Shown here one piece after another: positions 11,309-25,368 of a stretch of 64,000 nt of DNA. Origin of the DNA: Oculina patagonica (taxonomy: Eukaryota); contig NC_135771.1 in NCBI RefSeq assembly GCF_052425735.1, forward strand, positions 9,672,001 through 9,736,000, read 5' to 3'. The translations under genes and the position numbers were made by a program. Position 1 is the stretch's first letter; each line of letters begins with the position of its first letter. The notes beneath the pieces were generated by a model. The model saw only the letters and a program-made list of their open reading frames with translations, was not told where the DNA came from and ran no database searches.

Positions 11309-14300
11309 ATATAAACAATAGCCTCCATTTGGCGCGAAAATATGCACTGTTACATGTATTTGTCCGCAGACATTATATGTTCCGAGAAGCGAACAGTATT
11401 CCGAGAGCGAAACTCGAGGTAAACTGTGATCTTTGAGGAACAGATAATGTCCGCGGACAAATATCAGTGCATATTTTTGAAGTCAAATGGAGGCTATTGT
11501 GTTTATTATCCGTCAAATATTTTTACACGAGGCCGCTCAGTTTCGGAAGATCTTTTTCAAAAGATTTTTAACATCGAAGTAATTTTGTTGTGTTTAGCTT
11601 TTTCAAAATGTTCAGTTTTATCCAATTTAGAAATTTGTTCGAGATGAAAACTAAAGGTGCAAATGTGAAACGCAAAGTTCGAAGACTGGAGAATATTACT
11701 TGGGGAATATCACCTGTGGGTGATATTCCCACAGGTGAAATTCTTTGACACCCCTCTGTAACAGACCCAGTGGAATCTGAAAAAAGTCACTGGGTTGGCG
11801 AATTTCCCACTGGATCGCTTTATTTGGGCTCGTTTCTAAAGTAGGTTTATTCGACATAAGTCACAACGCACAGTCACTGGGGAAGCACAAAAATAGGCGG
11901 GTTAAATCAAAATATTCGCTGGGTACCGGGGAGACTAAATTTTCACTGGGTAGGGGAAATAATCCACTGGGTCGGGTTCCAGTGGGTCTGTTACAGAGGG
12001 GTGTTCTTTGGGTGTTTTTAATAAAAACAATTATTCCACTCGTGCTAGTTGGATATGATATAGGTATAGCTAACTCGGCGCTCCGTAGCTATCTACCATC
12101 TCATATCCAAGGCGCGCTCATGGACTAAAGGGACACCGTCACCAGTTTCACTTCATCAACTTAAGATCTTAAAGACATAAGGAAACTACGTATAGTGATC
12201 CAATTTTGTTAAAAATCACTATGCAAGTGTACTGAAGCGATAACCAAGTGATATTATTGTGATGCTATCAGGAACTTTAGATCTCAACTTGAAAAAGTCA
12301 GGCTGATTTTTTCAATTGCAAGTTTTGTCCTTGTGGACTGGAAAATCACCTCAAAATTATTATGTCTCCCGTCTTTCTTCAACAACAATTTACTTTATAT
12401 CTCCATCTTGATGTACTAAGTGCATTTTTTGTACGAGAAGACCTTTTCGCCAATTTTAGTACTTTTTACCAAAAAGCATTAAAATCCCCGTGACAGTGTC
12501 TCTTTAATTAATATTCCCCAGTTTTTGGTAACGTAATTATTCATTCAAAACGCACCTTTATGCAGTTAATAAATTTAAATTTCTCCTTTGCTTATAAATA
12601 AGTTTCACGTTGGTTTAAGAAGGCAGATTTTAAACACTGCTAATGGAAATATTTATAGTTATGGCCTAGTGGCTCATTTATCCGCATTATGACTTGTTAT
12701 ATATAATTAAGAACACTTCTTTGAGAAAGTGAATCAAACTTGGAAATGAAAAATTGAAACACCCCTTAACCGTAACCGATAATTTAATAAACATAACCGA
12801 TAATTTAATAAACATGCATAACAATCTGTCAAGACAATCATTTTCTTGTCGATCAAAATGAAAACATTCTATTTTCCGTTAAAATGTGACAATTTATCGG
12901 CCTAAAAAAATAAACCAAAAACGGCTTTGCGTTCCTCGGGAACTTCTGGGATTTAACCTCTATAAATTAAAGTCAATTAATTTCTTGGGCCTTCTATCGA
13001 AGTATCCAACTACGTTGGGAAATGATCGCTATTCACCCCTCAGAACGAAAAAGAAAAAGAAAGACAAAGAGAGAATCACCCGGCTGATAATCACATGTAT
13101 TGTCAACGTCAAAACCAAAACAGAGACCTATTAATTCCAAGTACAACTATGAATTAGAGCACCCAGACAAAACCAAAATTGATTTTACCAACCATTTTAT
13201 CTGCGTTTAGAAAATCAACAAGATTTAAACTAGGAACGGTCTCTTGCGCTCGGGAACGAACACATACTCATGGAATTTTTGAACACGGCACATTTACACC
13301 CAAAACACTTTTCAGCTAATGAAAGAGATTATTTGGACGGAAAAGCAATTAGTTTTGAACTTCGTCCAAATTCCAATCCTTTGTTTGCCATCAATACACG
13401 CTCACCTCCATCGAAATAAGCAATGACGTGTCTGTACAGAAAACAAAACAAATGATAATGGCACACATGAAGAAATTGATTGCGATATCTTTCCTTTTTT
13501 CTCAAAAGCACACTACTTATTCCACTCTTATTCCATACAATCCCGAGTGGATCAGCAATAACCACCGTAAATCTACTAATGAAACACAGCAACCCACTTC
13601 AAAATCACGGCCACATACAACAAACAAGGATAATATTCGTACACTGTTACTGACACTTTCAGTCAAGTTGAGATAAACTTGAAAAATGTCGGACTGACGT
13701 TTTTCAAGTTAACCCAAACGCAATCCGTTTTAATCTTCTCGTATAGCGTTCAGTTACGTTTTTAATTTCCCATACATTTGTCTATAATTTCTCCCGCGAA
13801 CCGCGTCAATCATGCGGAAATATGGAAATATCCGCTGGTTACGGAGTTTCTGGCCAGGTAATCGCAATGATTGCTGCTCGGAACATTCGCAGCTTCAATA
13901 CATCTTTGTCGTCCTTTAGGTTGATTAATTGAGTTAAGAAACTAACTGTAAACTACCATTATTGAGTTTTATAAAGATCTTTCAACGCGGTTTTTTAATC
14001 CCTGAAAATACAGTGCTTCTTTATTCATTGTTCTAGCAAACTTATAAAACAAAAGGCAAGTCATTAATTTTCTGTATTGATCATACATTTATTTCAAAGT
14101 GCTTTCAAAGAATTCATTCATGACAAGATTATTAGGCCAAAACGTCTCCCATGAAGTACTAATAAACACTTAAAAAAAAAGCTAAAAAAGTTTGGAATCG
14201 GGAATTTCGCAAAATTTAGAATCCCGAATCCTCAGGACATGGAATCCAGAATCCAGTCGTTGAAATCCGGAAGCCACGGAGGGGAATCTGTATTATCCAA

Positions 14301-15043
14301 TAGAATAGAATAGAAACTTTATTGACGTGAACAATACAAGACTCTCTTGGAGTCCTTTACATGAGACGCCCCAAGTAAAGGAATCCAAGAGTCTTGTATT
14401 CGATAATAAGGACTCTCCACCGTGGTTTCCGAATTTCATCGACTGGATTTCGGATTCCATGTCTGTGAATTCGGGTTTCCGCTAAACTTTGTGAAGTTCC
14501 GGATTCCAAACCTTTTACGTTCTTTTTGTTATTGTTTATTGTAGTATTCTTAGGGAGACGTGTTGGCCTTGTCATGAATTCGAATGAATTCTTTGAACGC
14601 ACTTTGAAATGAATGTATGGTCATGACTAATACAAAGAATTTATGCCTTGCCTTTTATTAATTTTGCTAGAACAATGAATAAAGAAGGGGTTTAAGGGTT
14701 AAAGGGATTATTTATTTAACTGTTTACCGACCAGAGGTATACCTCACTAACCACATTTATTTTTATTTGTCTTTGTCCTGATGTTTAGGATTTGTTTACC
14801 TTCGATGAATGAAGAAAAACCAGCGGGTTTAAAGAAATTTAAGTCAGTAAAATGTAATCCTCACAACAACTGCTACAACAGATCTTTATGCATGTTTATT
14901 AAATTATCGGTTACAAATATGCATACTACAATAAAAAAGACTTCGCTTCCAAATGAATTAAGATACAAAATTGGTTACACAAATTGAAAAGACTGAATCT
15001 TATCTCGAAAATTTAAAGCTCACAAAACAGTCTTGGTGGCCAT

Positions 15044-15304
15044 TCAGTAATAGCAGGTTCTGCGATGTCCGTCAAAGGAACAAATCTGGCATTGGTATTT
15101 CACTCCATTGAAATCTGAGGGGCACCCGGTGTTACAGCACTCGCTAGAACTGCTGCATTCCGCTCCCTTCTCTTTGCAACCCCGGCGGGACAACACCCAC
15201 TTTCGGAACACGTCTGGTTCATAATAGCGATCGTCATCACGAGCCGACACCAGTGCAATCACACAAATGGTCAGCAGACACACCAAGAGCAAGGAGTACT
15301 TCAT
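15044..15304 (-). CDS. Secreted knottin-like peptide precursor, copy 2 (same protein as copy 1)
   Basis: Same protein, same acceptor context and same flanks as 6928-7188. Confidence 0.9.
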   Translation of the reverse strand: MKYSLLLVCLLTICVIALVSARDDDRYYEPDVFRKWVLSRRGCKEKGAECSSSSECCNTGCPSDFNGVKYQCQICSFDGHRRTCYY

Positions 15305-18300
15305 GTCTGTTAGACAAAAAAATTGACGTAAATTATTAATAATAAGGCCAGTTAATAAAAAACAATTTACCAACAGTTAGGATTATAATCGTACAAATCG
15401 AAGTGTCCACGTTGATATGTGCGATGTCGTGTGCTGGACTAGTGCGGTAAGTCCACGTGTGTACGCGCATTAAATCGAGGTCGATAACATGAAAACGAGG
15501 CATTTTGCTAACTCCAAAATTTCCCCTGGTATATGCTGGACACCAAGTATGTGCACAGGAAACCAAACGAAATAAGGAAAGCGTTCTCCTTCGTCGAACG
15601 TGATCAGTGTAACAGATAAATCAAATTAAACAACGCTTCACTTTGTCTATCAGTTTAATAATTATATTTGCAGCCGACAATCGGCGGGAATTTAGAAAAA
15701 AATCTTTTACGACTTCCCTTTTATTTTAACTCACCTGTGTTGCAGGACGTTTTCCGGTTTCTTCTGCAAAGGAAAGATTTGACACCACTAAGGCGAGGCG
15801 AGAATTTTGATGCTGGGTTTTACTGCTCAAATGACTCTCAAACTTTGTAGCGTCCTTACTTATACAACAAACCATAAAGCCAGGCAACGCATTGTGATTG
15901 GTTGTAATGGAAGCCTATTGAAATCGGCATTACTCAATACCGGCGGCGGCATCCTTTCAGGGATTAATAAAACCGCGTCGAAAGATCTTTATAAAACTCG
16001 ATGGTAGTTTCTTAACTCGATAATCAACCTAAAGACAACAAAAATGTATTGAACCTGCGAATGTCGCGAGCACCAATCACTGCGATTACCTGGCCAGGAA
16101 CTCCGTAGCTAGCGGGACGTGATTAGTTTACGATTACATCTTCAAAACACTTATAGACCGACGCGAAAATGAGGATTAACTGAATTAGGTACGGTCGTAA
16201 ATAAACTAATTAAAGTACTAGTGTTTTTACGACCCGCCTTGTCTGATCTTTGTGTCGCACCATGTAAAGGAATCGAAGAGAGTCTTGTATTGGACATTAC
16301 GGATTTCCCACCGTTTTTCGGGATTCCAACGACTGGATTCCTGATTCCATGTCTGTGGATTGGGGATTCTAAACTTTGCGAAATTCGGGATTCCAAAACT
16401 TTTTCGCTCTTTTCTTTTTATTGTTTATAAGTACTTCACGGGAGATGTGTTGGCCTAATAGAGATGTTTCGCATAAGCCCACTCCATACGCTAATGATCC
16501 GTTATTAGTGGATTTAGCAGAAATACCCAGGAGACAACCCTTTGCTTTGTTTTAAAGGACGGGAATAGAACTTTGTTGGGCAGATTGTTTAATTGTCGTT
16601 AAAAAAACAACCTTGCAGTTGAAAACTTATGGTGCCATCCTAGATGGTTTCGGCCAGCCAACTATCGCACAGAGGCACGCTGTACAAAAGTAACGTTGAG
16701 TGAACGTAAAAAAGCGTAAGATGCTTTGAACGTATTTTTCATTTAAAGTTAACCGTTATTCCAGTGGGAATATGACATAGAATCGGAAATAAAGATGATT
16801 TTATGTGAGGTAACATGAAACAATCACGGTTCGCAAGATTTTTTTATCAAAGACTGCGAGTCATGGCCCTGCCGTTAGTAGTTGTTGTTGTTGTTGCTTT
16901 TCTTTTTTGCCCGTGGCATTTCTGCGCAAAATAGAACGCTTTGATTGTAATTGACAAGAAAATGATTGTCTTGAACAAAAAACAAAGGCTTGTGTATGTT
17001 CCTTTGCAATCAAAACTGGTCTCCTGTGTAATTCTACTAAATCCACTAATAGTAGATGATTAGCATATGGAGTGGTCTTATGTGAAACATCTCTAATAAT
17101 CTTGTCATGAATGAATTCTTTGAACGCATTTTGAAATGAATGTATGACCAATACAGAGAATTTGTACCTTGCCTTTTGTTTAATAAGTTTGCTAGAACAA
17201 TGAATAAAGAAGCACCGTATTTTCAGGGATTAATAAAACTGCGTTGAAAGATCTTTATAAAACTCAATGGTAGTTTATAGTTAGTTTCTTGACTCAACAA
17301 TCAACTTAAAGGACAGGAAAAATGTATTGAACCTGCGAATGTTCCGAGCACCAATCACTGCGATTACCTGGCCAGGAACTCCGTAGCCAGTTTACGATGA
17401 CATCTTCAAATCACTTAAAGACCGACGCGAAAATGAGGATTAACTGAATAAGGTACGCCGTCGTAAATAAACTAATTGAAGTGTTTTTACGACCCGCCTT
17501 GTCTGATCTTTGTGTCGCACCATGTAAAGGAATCCAAGAGAGTCTTGTATTGGATAATACAGATTCCCCACCGTGGTTTCCGGATTTCAACGACTGGATT
17601 CCGGATTCCATGCCTGTGGATTGGGGATTCTAAACTTTGCGAAATTCGGGATTCCAAAACTTTTTCGCTCTTTTCTTTTTATTGTTTATTAGTATTTCAT
17701 GAGAGACGTGGAGGCCTAATAATCTTGTCATGAATGAATTCTTTGAACGAATTTTGAAAAGAACTGATGTATGACCAATACAGAGAATTAATGACTTGCC
17801 TTTTGTTTAATAAGTTTGCTAGAACAATGAATAAATCTTCTTGATTGTTCTTTCATTCACCCTAACGACAACCAATATCAGCGTTAGGGTCGAGCAATAT
17901 GTCTGCCCTGTGTGAACTTTGTGTGTCTTTTTCGCTTTAGTAGAAGAAAGAAGGAACAAAACATTATGCAGCCAATAAACACATCAAGCTTATTAGAGAT
18001 GTTTCGCTTTCGCATAAAGCCACTCCATATGGTAATGATCTACTATTAGTGCGTGGGTTTAGTAGAAATACAAAGGAGACCAGTTTTGATCACAGACCGA
18101 ACATGCAACAGCCTTTGTTCTTGCTCAAGACGATCATTTTCTTGTCGATCAAAATAAAAGCGTTCTATTTGCGTATGAATGAATGATATAGGTTCTTACT
18201 GACAGCGCATTTACAAAGCTCAATGCACTTCACAATTAGAATTATGGAATGAGACCGGACATCAGTATATCAGGCGCCTTTGGCAGCCGCTACCCGTCCA

Positions 18301-18544
18301 TGCGTATATGATCTCACCCCACCAGGTCCACCCAAACTATAGATACATGTGGATAGGCCAGCCCACAACACCGGGAACTCCGTGCCCGACTCTTTACGAT
18401 TTGTGTGTGGGTTCTTTAACGGCCCCTGCTGATCATAACACTGGAGATGCAGGAGACGGGGCCTACGGTTTCAGTATCGCCTTATCCGAGAAGACTAGAA
18501 CGTATAGCAATTTGCAGATGTCACTTCAAAGGTAGCACGTTCTT

Positions 18545-18580
<36 letters not shown>

Positions 18581-18970
18581 TGGCCGGGAGTCGAACCCGA
18601 GACCTCCTGCACGACAGTCCGGCGCTCTACCAACTGAGATAACCGGTCGGCGTTGTTTATATTTTAGTCTCACTCAGTAAAAAGCAATGATTAAGCTGTA
18701 GAATCCAAGCTTCGTTGTTCCTCAAAGAGAGCGCTGTCTGATAGTAGCTAGGAGTAACGAGAATAAAATATTTTACTGTCATTGATCAATGAATTCTAAA
18801 AGCAGTGTACCCTGTGGCTAGAAGAATGCAAATCGCGCAATTCCAGAGAAGCTTATTTGCAGTATGGGAATTGCAGATACTGTGCTTGGGTTTCCAGTGA
18901 TGCTCGAAGCGAGTTTTAAAACTTTAACTTTTGAAACTGCTCTCACGAGCTGCAAATACCCGTATATAAA

Positions 18971-20338
18971 CTAGTTGTACCTATCGGTAAGTGCCAACGA
19001 GCGAAATACTCATGTTTGTTCATAAGAACAGATATTAAATGGTTTTTGATAGAACTATATTTGAAATGACCAAAATATGCCGTAAATTGTATTTTAGGTA
19101 ATATGCGAAAAAAGTGCTATTTCTCTGGTGTTCATAAATGACACAGGCTTGATAGCCTGCGTAGCAGGCGCCGTAGTTTCCAGCGCGCGTATTCTCGCGA
19201 TCGCGCACTCTTTTAAACACACTAAAAAACGTACACAGATGTCTGCTACGCAGGCTACGGGTTTGACAGATTGATAACTCTTGACAAATCTTTAAATTCT
19301 TTTCAACGTTAAAATGTCACAAAATGTAGGCAATAGTTAACTATTAAATGAGGTTTAATCACTGTTTGTTAAATACAACACGCGATGGTTAAAATGTTTC
19401 CGTCCACAATAGGGATAGTTGCATTTCAAGAACTTCTTATAAATCAAATCTCAAAATCAAAACTGCTAAGATGCTTTTTTAAAAATAATTTTCAGTAATC
19501 AGAGACAGTAATGCACGGGTCAGATTTCAGTCTCGCATGCGAAGTGTCATGTTCAGTTACGCAAAACTTGAAAAATTTGAACAGAAAACAAAACTTGAAC
19601 GGTCAAGGATTATTTGGAGACAAAATTTGTATTCAAGTTAACATTATATTTGCCGTTAGAAGCAAAAATTTTTTGACTATCTTGTGTGTATGACATGCAG
19701 TAATTTTAGTGAGCGTCGCTTTGTATTGATGTTATTCCTACGCGGAGCGAAAATGCGTGCCAAATAAAATATAAACGGTATTTGATTTGGAATAAATCAT
19801 CGGTCAAACAATTACTATAAACACAATCAACACTAAAAGGAAGCATTCACCCGACTTCAGCATTCTCATAAGTCAAGAATACTCTATTTGAAGTCAACAG
19901 TCCGCTTTTGATTTTCATGTCTCTCTTCGATCGTAAATCAAAGGACTCCAAAGTCGAAAGATTATTTCATCGCTTTGAAGACCTTGATGTTCATTTTTTC
20001 GGCGGTCGAATATTCTGTAGGGTATTCTCTTTCGATTTATAATTCCCTAAAGGTGTATTTATCGGTAAAGGGATGAATGACCACATTGAAAATTTTAACA
20101 GCGAGCCGCGTGGACGCCATTTTGGTCATCTGCTCTCTAGCAAGGAGTGAGAGACTGGGAACCAGTTGGGAAGAACAATACAACCCAAATATGGGGTTTA
20201 CTTACACCCAAATATGGTAAAAAAAAGTCCCTTACGCAGAACTTAAGATTTTCTCTGCCTATACACTCATACGCACACGGCTCTATGATTCTGCCGCCTC
20301 GACAGCCTCGCCTCTTGGCTCGGCTGTCTCGTTGGCAA
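18971..20338 (-). mobile_element. Unit-C-specific ~1.37-kb non-autonomous Helentron/HINE-like element
   Basis: No TSD, inserted in an A run. Asymmetric 10-bp inverted repeats TGCCAACGAG (18992-19001) and CTCGTTGGCA (20328-20337), mini-hairpin TACC-TATC-GGTA (18978-18989) and a CTAG terminus. Confidence 0.6.
19153..19257. mobile_element. Short TAGCCTGCG MITE nested in the Helentron-like element
   Basis: TAGCCTGCGTAGCAG...CTGCTACGCAGGCTA with an imperfect 9-bp TSD (CAGGCTTGA/CGGGTTTGA). Confidence 0.75.
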
Positions 20339-21216
20339 CAATAGCCTCCATTTGGCGCGAATATATGCACTGATATTTGTCCGCAGACATTTAATGGCTG
20401 CGGTCACATCTACGACGTAACTAAAGTTTAACTATAGTTAGTCTCAAGTTACGTGACGTCATACCTAACTATAGTTAGTGCTTTCGGTCGTCTTTGCGGT
20501 CACACCAATGCAGTTAACTATAATTAGTTCTGATAAGTTGTGAATAATTTGGTTTTTTTAATTAGTTCATGACAGCCCTTGTTGTTTATTTGTGTCCAGT
20601 TGTTCCTCTATTTTTTCTATTTTTGGACGGCATTTCGGCGTTGAAGAAAATAAAATGAAGTAAGGATGCTAGAAACAGAAGAATTCAAGCTTTATTTTTG
20701 CTAACATTGGTGATATGTAATTTCGTGGCATGTTGTTTTTCTTGTTTTCCTTCCCTTGTCGCTTTGTTTTGCATGTTTATGTTCATCTCGCACGTGCGAA
20801 AAGAATTGTCGCATTCTGATTGGTTTTTCGTTTGTAAACGTAAGACTAACCCATGAACCTTGCTTGGGTATAACTATAGTTAGTGTGTATTGTTTTGGAT
20901 CAGCGAGGCGTAAATTTTCTAACTATAGTTAGAGCGAACAGAGAAGCGGTCACATTAGCGAAATAGCTAACTATAGTTAACGCCGTCCTAACTATAGTTA
21001 GCAGTCTAGATGTGACCGCAGCCATTATCTGTTCCGAGAAGCAAACAGTATTCCGAGAGCGAAACTCGAGGTAAATTGTGATCTTTGAGGAACAGATAAT
21101 GTCCGCGGACAAATGTCAGTGCATATTTTTGAAGTCAAATGGAGGCTATTGTGTTTCTTATCCGTCAAATATTTTTACACGAGGCCGCTAATTTTCGGGA
21201 GATCTTTTTCAAAAGA

Positions 21217-21284
21217 AAAAGGGCCCCACTGAAAACCCACTGAAAACCACCTTTTTGTGACGTGGGCTCCCTGCTAAAATATCT

Positions 21285-21370
<86 letters not shown>
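21217..21370 (+). mobile_element. 5'-truncated non-LTR retrotransposon 3' end with an (ATT)28 tail, unit C only
   Basis: About 70 bp of unique sequence plus ATT repeats at 21287-21370 interrupt CAAAAGATTTTTAACATC, which is intact in A, B and D. Confidence 0.7.
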
Positions 21371-21373
<3 letters not shown>

Positions 21374-21678
21374 ATCGAAGTAATTTTGTTGTGTTTAGCT
21401 TTTTCAAAATGTTCAGTTCTATCCAATTTAGAAATTTGTTCGAGATGAAAACTAAAGGTGCAAATGTAAAACGCAAAGTTCGAAAACTGGAGAATATTAC
21501 TTGGGGAATATCACCTGTGGGTGATATTCCCACAGGTGAAATTCTTTGACACCCCTCTGTAACAGACCCAGTGGAATCTGAAAAAAGTCACTGGGTTGGC
21601 GAATTTCCCACTGGATCGCTTTATTTGGGCTCGTTTCTAAAGTAGGTTTATTCGACATAAGTCACAACGCACAGTCAC

Positions 21679-22207
21679 TAGGCTTTTATAGATTGTGCTC
21701 CTAAAAGTGGCATATTATGCTACTAGCAGTGCTCAAAATTTTGCCAAATTATGCAAAAATTATGCCAGAATTCCCAAATTATGCTTCTGATTTCCGAAAT
21801 TATGCTCACAAAATGACGTAGATTCTATACATAGAGGTGCGCAATAACGACACCAAATTATGATGTTTTTTAAATAAACTGTTGTTGTAAATTTATTTGT
21901 GTTTATGGCAGTTTATCACGGCCGTCAGCTGTCCAAATTAGCTGCTCGCATCTCTAAACCGTTTGTAAAATGCCTCCAACGACTTAACAATCACAATTGT
22001 ATAGCTAAAACACGCATTGCAAGAACAAACTACCTAAATTTCATTTATTTCTGTAGAAAGTACACCATATTTACTACATTTTATGAATTTATGCTCCAAA
22101 AAGTGCTAAAAATTGCTAATTATGCCGTGGCAGTGCTCGTTTCACAAATTATGCTTTTTAGCTCCAATTATGCCAAAAATTATGCTAGCACAATCTATAA
22201 AAGCCTA
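21679..22207. mobile_element. hAT-like MITE, unit C only, nested in another MITE
   Basis: 21-bp TIR TAGGCTTTTATAGATTGTGCT and a perfect 8-bp TSD ACAGTCAC (21671-21678, 22208-22215). Confidence 0.9.
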
Positions 22208-25200
22208 ACAGTCACTGGGGAAGCACAAAAATAGGCGGGTTAAATCAAAATATTCGCTGGGTACCGGGGAGACTAAATTTTCACTGGGTAGGGGAAAATA
22301 ATCCACTGGGTCGGGTTCCAGTGGGTCTGTTACAGAGGGGTGTTCTTTGGGTGTTTTTAATAAAAACAATTATTCCACTCGTGCTAGTTGGATATGATAT
22401 AGGTATAGCTAACTCGGCGCTCCGTAGCTATCTACCATCTCATATCCAAGGCGCGCTCATGGACTAAAGGGACGCCGTCACCAGTTTCACTTCATCAACT
22501 TAAGATCTTAAAGACATAAGGAAACTACGTATAGTGATCCAATTTTGTTAAAAATCACTATGCAAGTGTACTGAAGCGATAACCAAGTGATATTATTGTG
22601 ATGCTATCAGGAACTTTAGATCTCAACTTGAAAAAGTCAGGCTGATTTTTTCAATTGCAAGTTTTGTCCTTGTGGACTGGAAAATCACCTGAAAATTATT
22701 ATGTCTCCCGTCTTTCTTCAACAACAATTTACTTTATATCTCCATCTTGATGTACTAAGTGCATTTTTTGTACGAGAAGACCTATTCACCAATTTTAGTA
22801 CTTTTTACCAAAAAGCATTAAAATCTCCGTGACAGTGTCCCTTTAATTAATATTCCCCAGGTAACATAATTATTCATTCAAAACGCACCTTTATGCAGTT
22901 AATAAATTTAAATTTCTCCTTTGCTTATAAATAAGTTTCACGTTGGTTTTAAAAGGCAGATTTTAAACACTGCTAATGGAAATATTTATAGTTATGGCCT
23001 AGTGGCTCATTTATCCGCATTATGACTTGTTATATATAATTAAGAACACTTCTTTGAGAAAGTGAATCAAACTTGGAAATGAAAAATTGGAACACCCCTT
23101 AACCGTAACCGATAATTTAATAAACATAACCGATAATTTAATAAACATGCATAACAATCTGTCAAGACGATCATTTTCTTGTCGATCAAAATGAAAACAT
23201 TCTATTTTCCGTTAAAATGTGACAATTTATCGGCCTAAAAAAATAAACCAAAAACGGCTTTGCGTTCCTCGGGAACTTCGGGGATTTAACCTCTATAAAT
23301 TAAAGTCAATTAATTTCTTGGGCCTTCTATCGAAGTATCCAACTACGTTGGGAAATGATCGCTATTCACCCCTCAGAACGAAAAAGAAAAAGAAAGACAA
23401 AGAGAGAATCACCCGGCTGATAATCACATGTATTGTCAACGTCAAAACCAAAACAGAGACCTATTAATTCCAAGTACAACTATGAATTAGAGCACCCAGA
23501 CAAAACCAAAATTGATTTTACCAACCATTTTATCTGCGTTCAGAAAATCAACAAGATTTCAACTAGGAACGGTCTCTTGCGCTCGGGAACGAACACATAC
23601 TCATGGGATTTTTGAACACGGCACATTTACACCCAAAACACTTTTCAGCTAATGAAAGAGATTATTTGGACGGAAAAGCAATTAGTTTTGAACTTCGTCC
23701 AAATTCCAATCCTTTGTTTGCCATCAATACACGCCCACCTCCATCAAAATAAGCAATGACGTTTCTGTACAGAAAACAAATCAAATGATAATGGCACACA
23801 TGAAGAAATTGATTGCGATATCTTTCCTTTTTTCTCAAAAGCACACTACTTATTCCATACAATCCCGAGTGGATCAGCAATAACCACCGTAAATCTACTA
23901 ATGAAACACAGCAACCCACTTCAAAATCACGGCCACATATTTATAACAAACAAGGATAATATTCGTACACTGTTACTGACACTTTCAGTCAAGTTGAGAT
24001 AAACTTGAAAAATGTCGGACTGACGTTTTTCAAGTTAACCCAAACGCAATCCGTTTTAATCTTCTCGTATAGCGTTCAGTTACGTTTTTAATTTCCCATA
24101 CATTTGTCAATAATTTCTCCCACGAACCGCGTCAATCATGCGGAAATATGGAAATATCCGCTGGTTACGGAGTTTCTGGCCAGGTAATCGCAATGCATGA
24201 TTGCTGCTCGGAACATTCGCAGGTTCAATACATCTTTGTCGTCCTTTAGGTTGATTAATTGAGTTAAGAAACTAACTGTAAACTACCATTATTGAGTTTT
24301 ATAAAGATCTTTCAACGCGGTTTTTTAATCCCTGAAAATACAGTGCTTCTTTATTCATTGTTCTAGCAAACTTATAAAACAAAAGGCAAGTCATTAATTT
24401 TCTGTATTGATCATACATTTATTTCAAAGTGCTTTCAAAGAATTCATTCATGACAAGATTATTAGGCCAAAACGTCTCCCATGAAGTACTAATAAACACT
24501 TAAAAAAAAAGCTAAAAAGGTTTGGAATCGGGAATTTCGCAAAATTTAGAATCCCGAATCCTCAGGACATGGAATCCAGAATCCAGTCGTTGAAATCCGG
24601 AAGCCACGGAGGGGAATCTGTATTATCCAATAGAATAGAATAGAAACTTTATTGACGTGAACAATACAAGACTCTCTTGGAGTCCTTTACATGAGACGCC
24701 CCATGTAAAGGAATCCAAGAGTCTTGTATTCGATAATAAGGACTCTCCACCGTGGTTTCCGGATTTCATCGACTGGATTTCGGATTCCATGTCTGTGAAT
24801 TCGGGTTTCCGCTAAACTTTGTGAAGTTCCGGATTCCAAACCTTTTACGTTCTTTTTGTTATTGTTTATTGTAGTAATTTTAGGGAGACGTGTTGGCCTT
24901 GTCATGAATTCGAATGAATTCTTTGAACGCACTTTGAAATGAATGTATGGTCATGACTAATACAAAGAATTTATGCCTTGCCTTTTATTTGCTAGAACAA
25001 TGAATAAAGAAAGGGTTTAAGGGTTAAAGGGATTATTTATTTAACTGTTTACCGACCAGAGTTATACCTCACTAACCACATTTATTTTTATTTGTCTTTG
25101 TCCTGATGTTTAGAATTTGTTTACCTTCCATGAATGAAGAAAAACCAGCGGGTTTAAAGAAATTAAAGTCAGTAAAATGTAATCCTCACAACAACTGCTA

Positions 25201-25368
25201 CAACAGATCTTTATGCATGTTTATTAAATTATCGGTTACAAATATGCATACTACAATAAAAAAGACTTCGCTTCCAAATGAATTAAGATACAAAATTGGT
25301 TACACAAATTGAAAAGACTGAATCTTATCTCGAAAATTTAAAGCTCACAAAACAGTCTTGGTGGCCAT

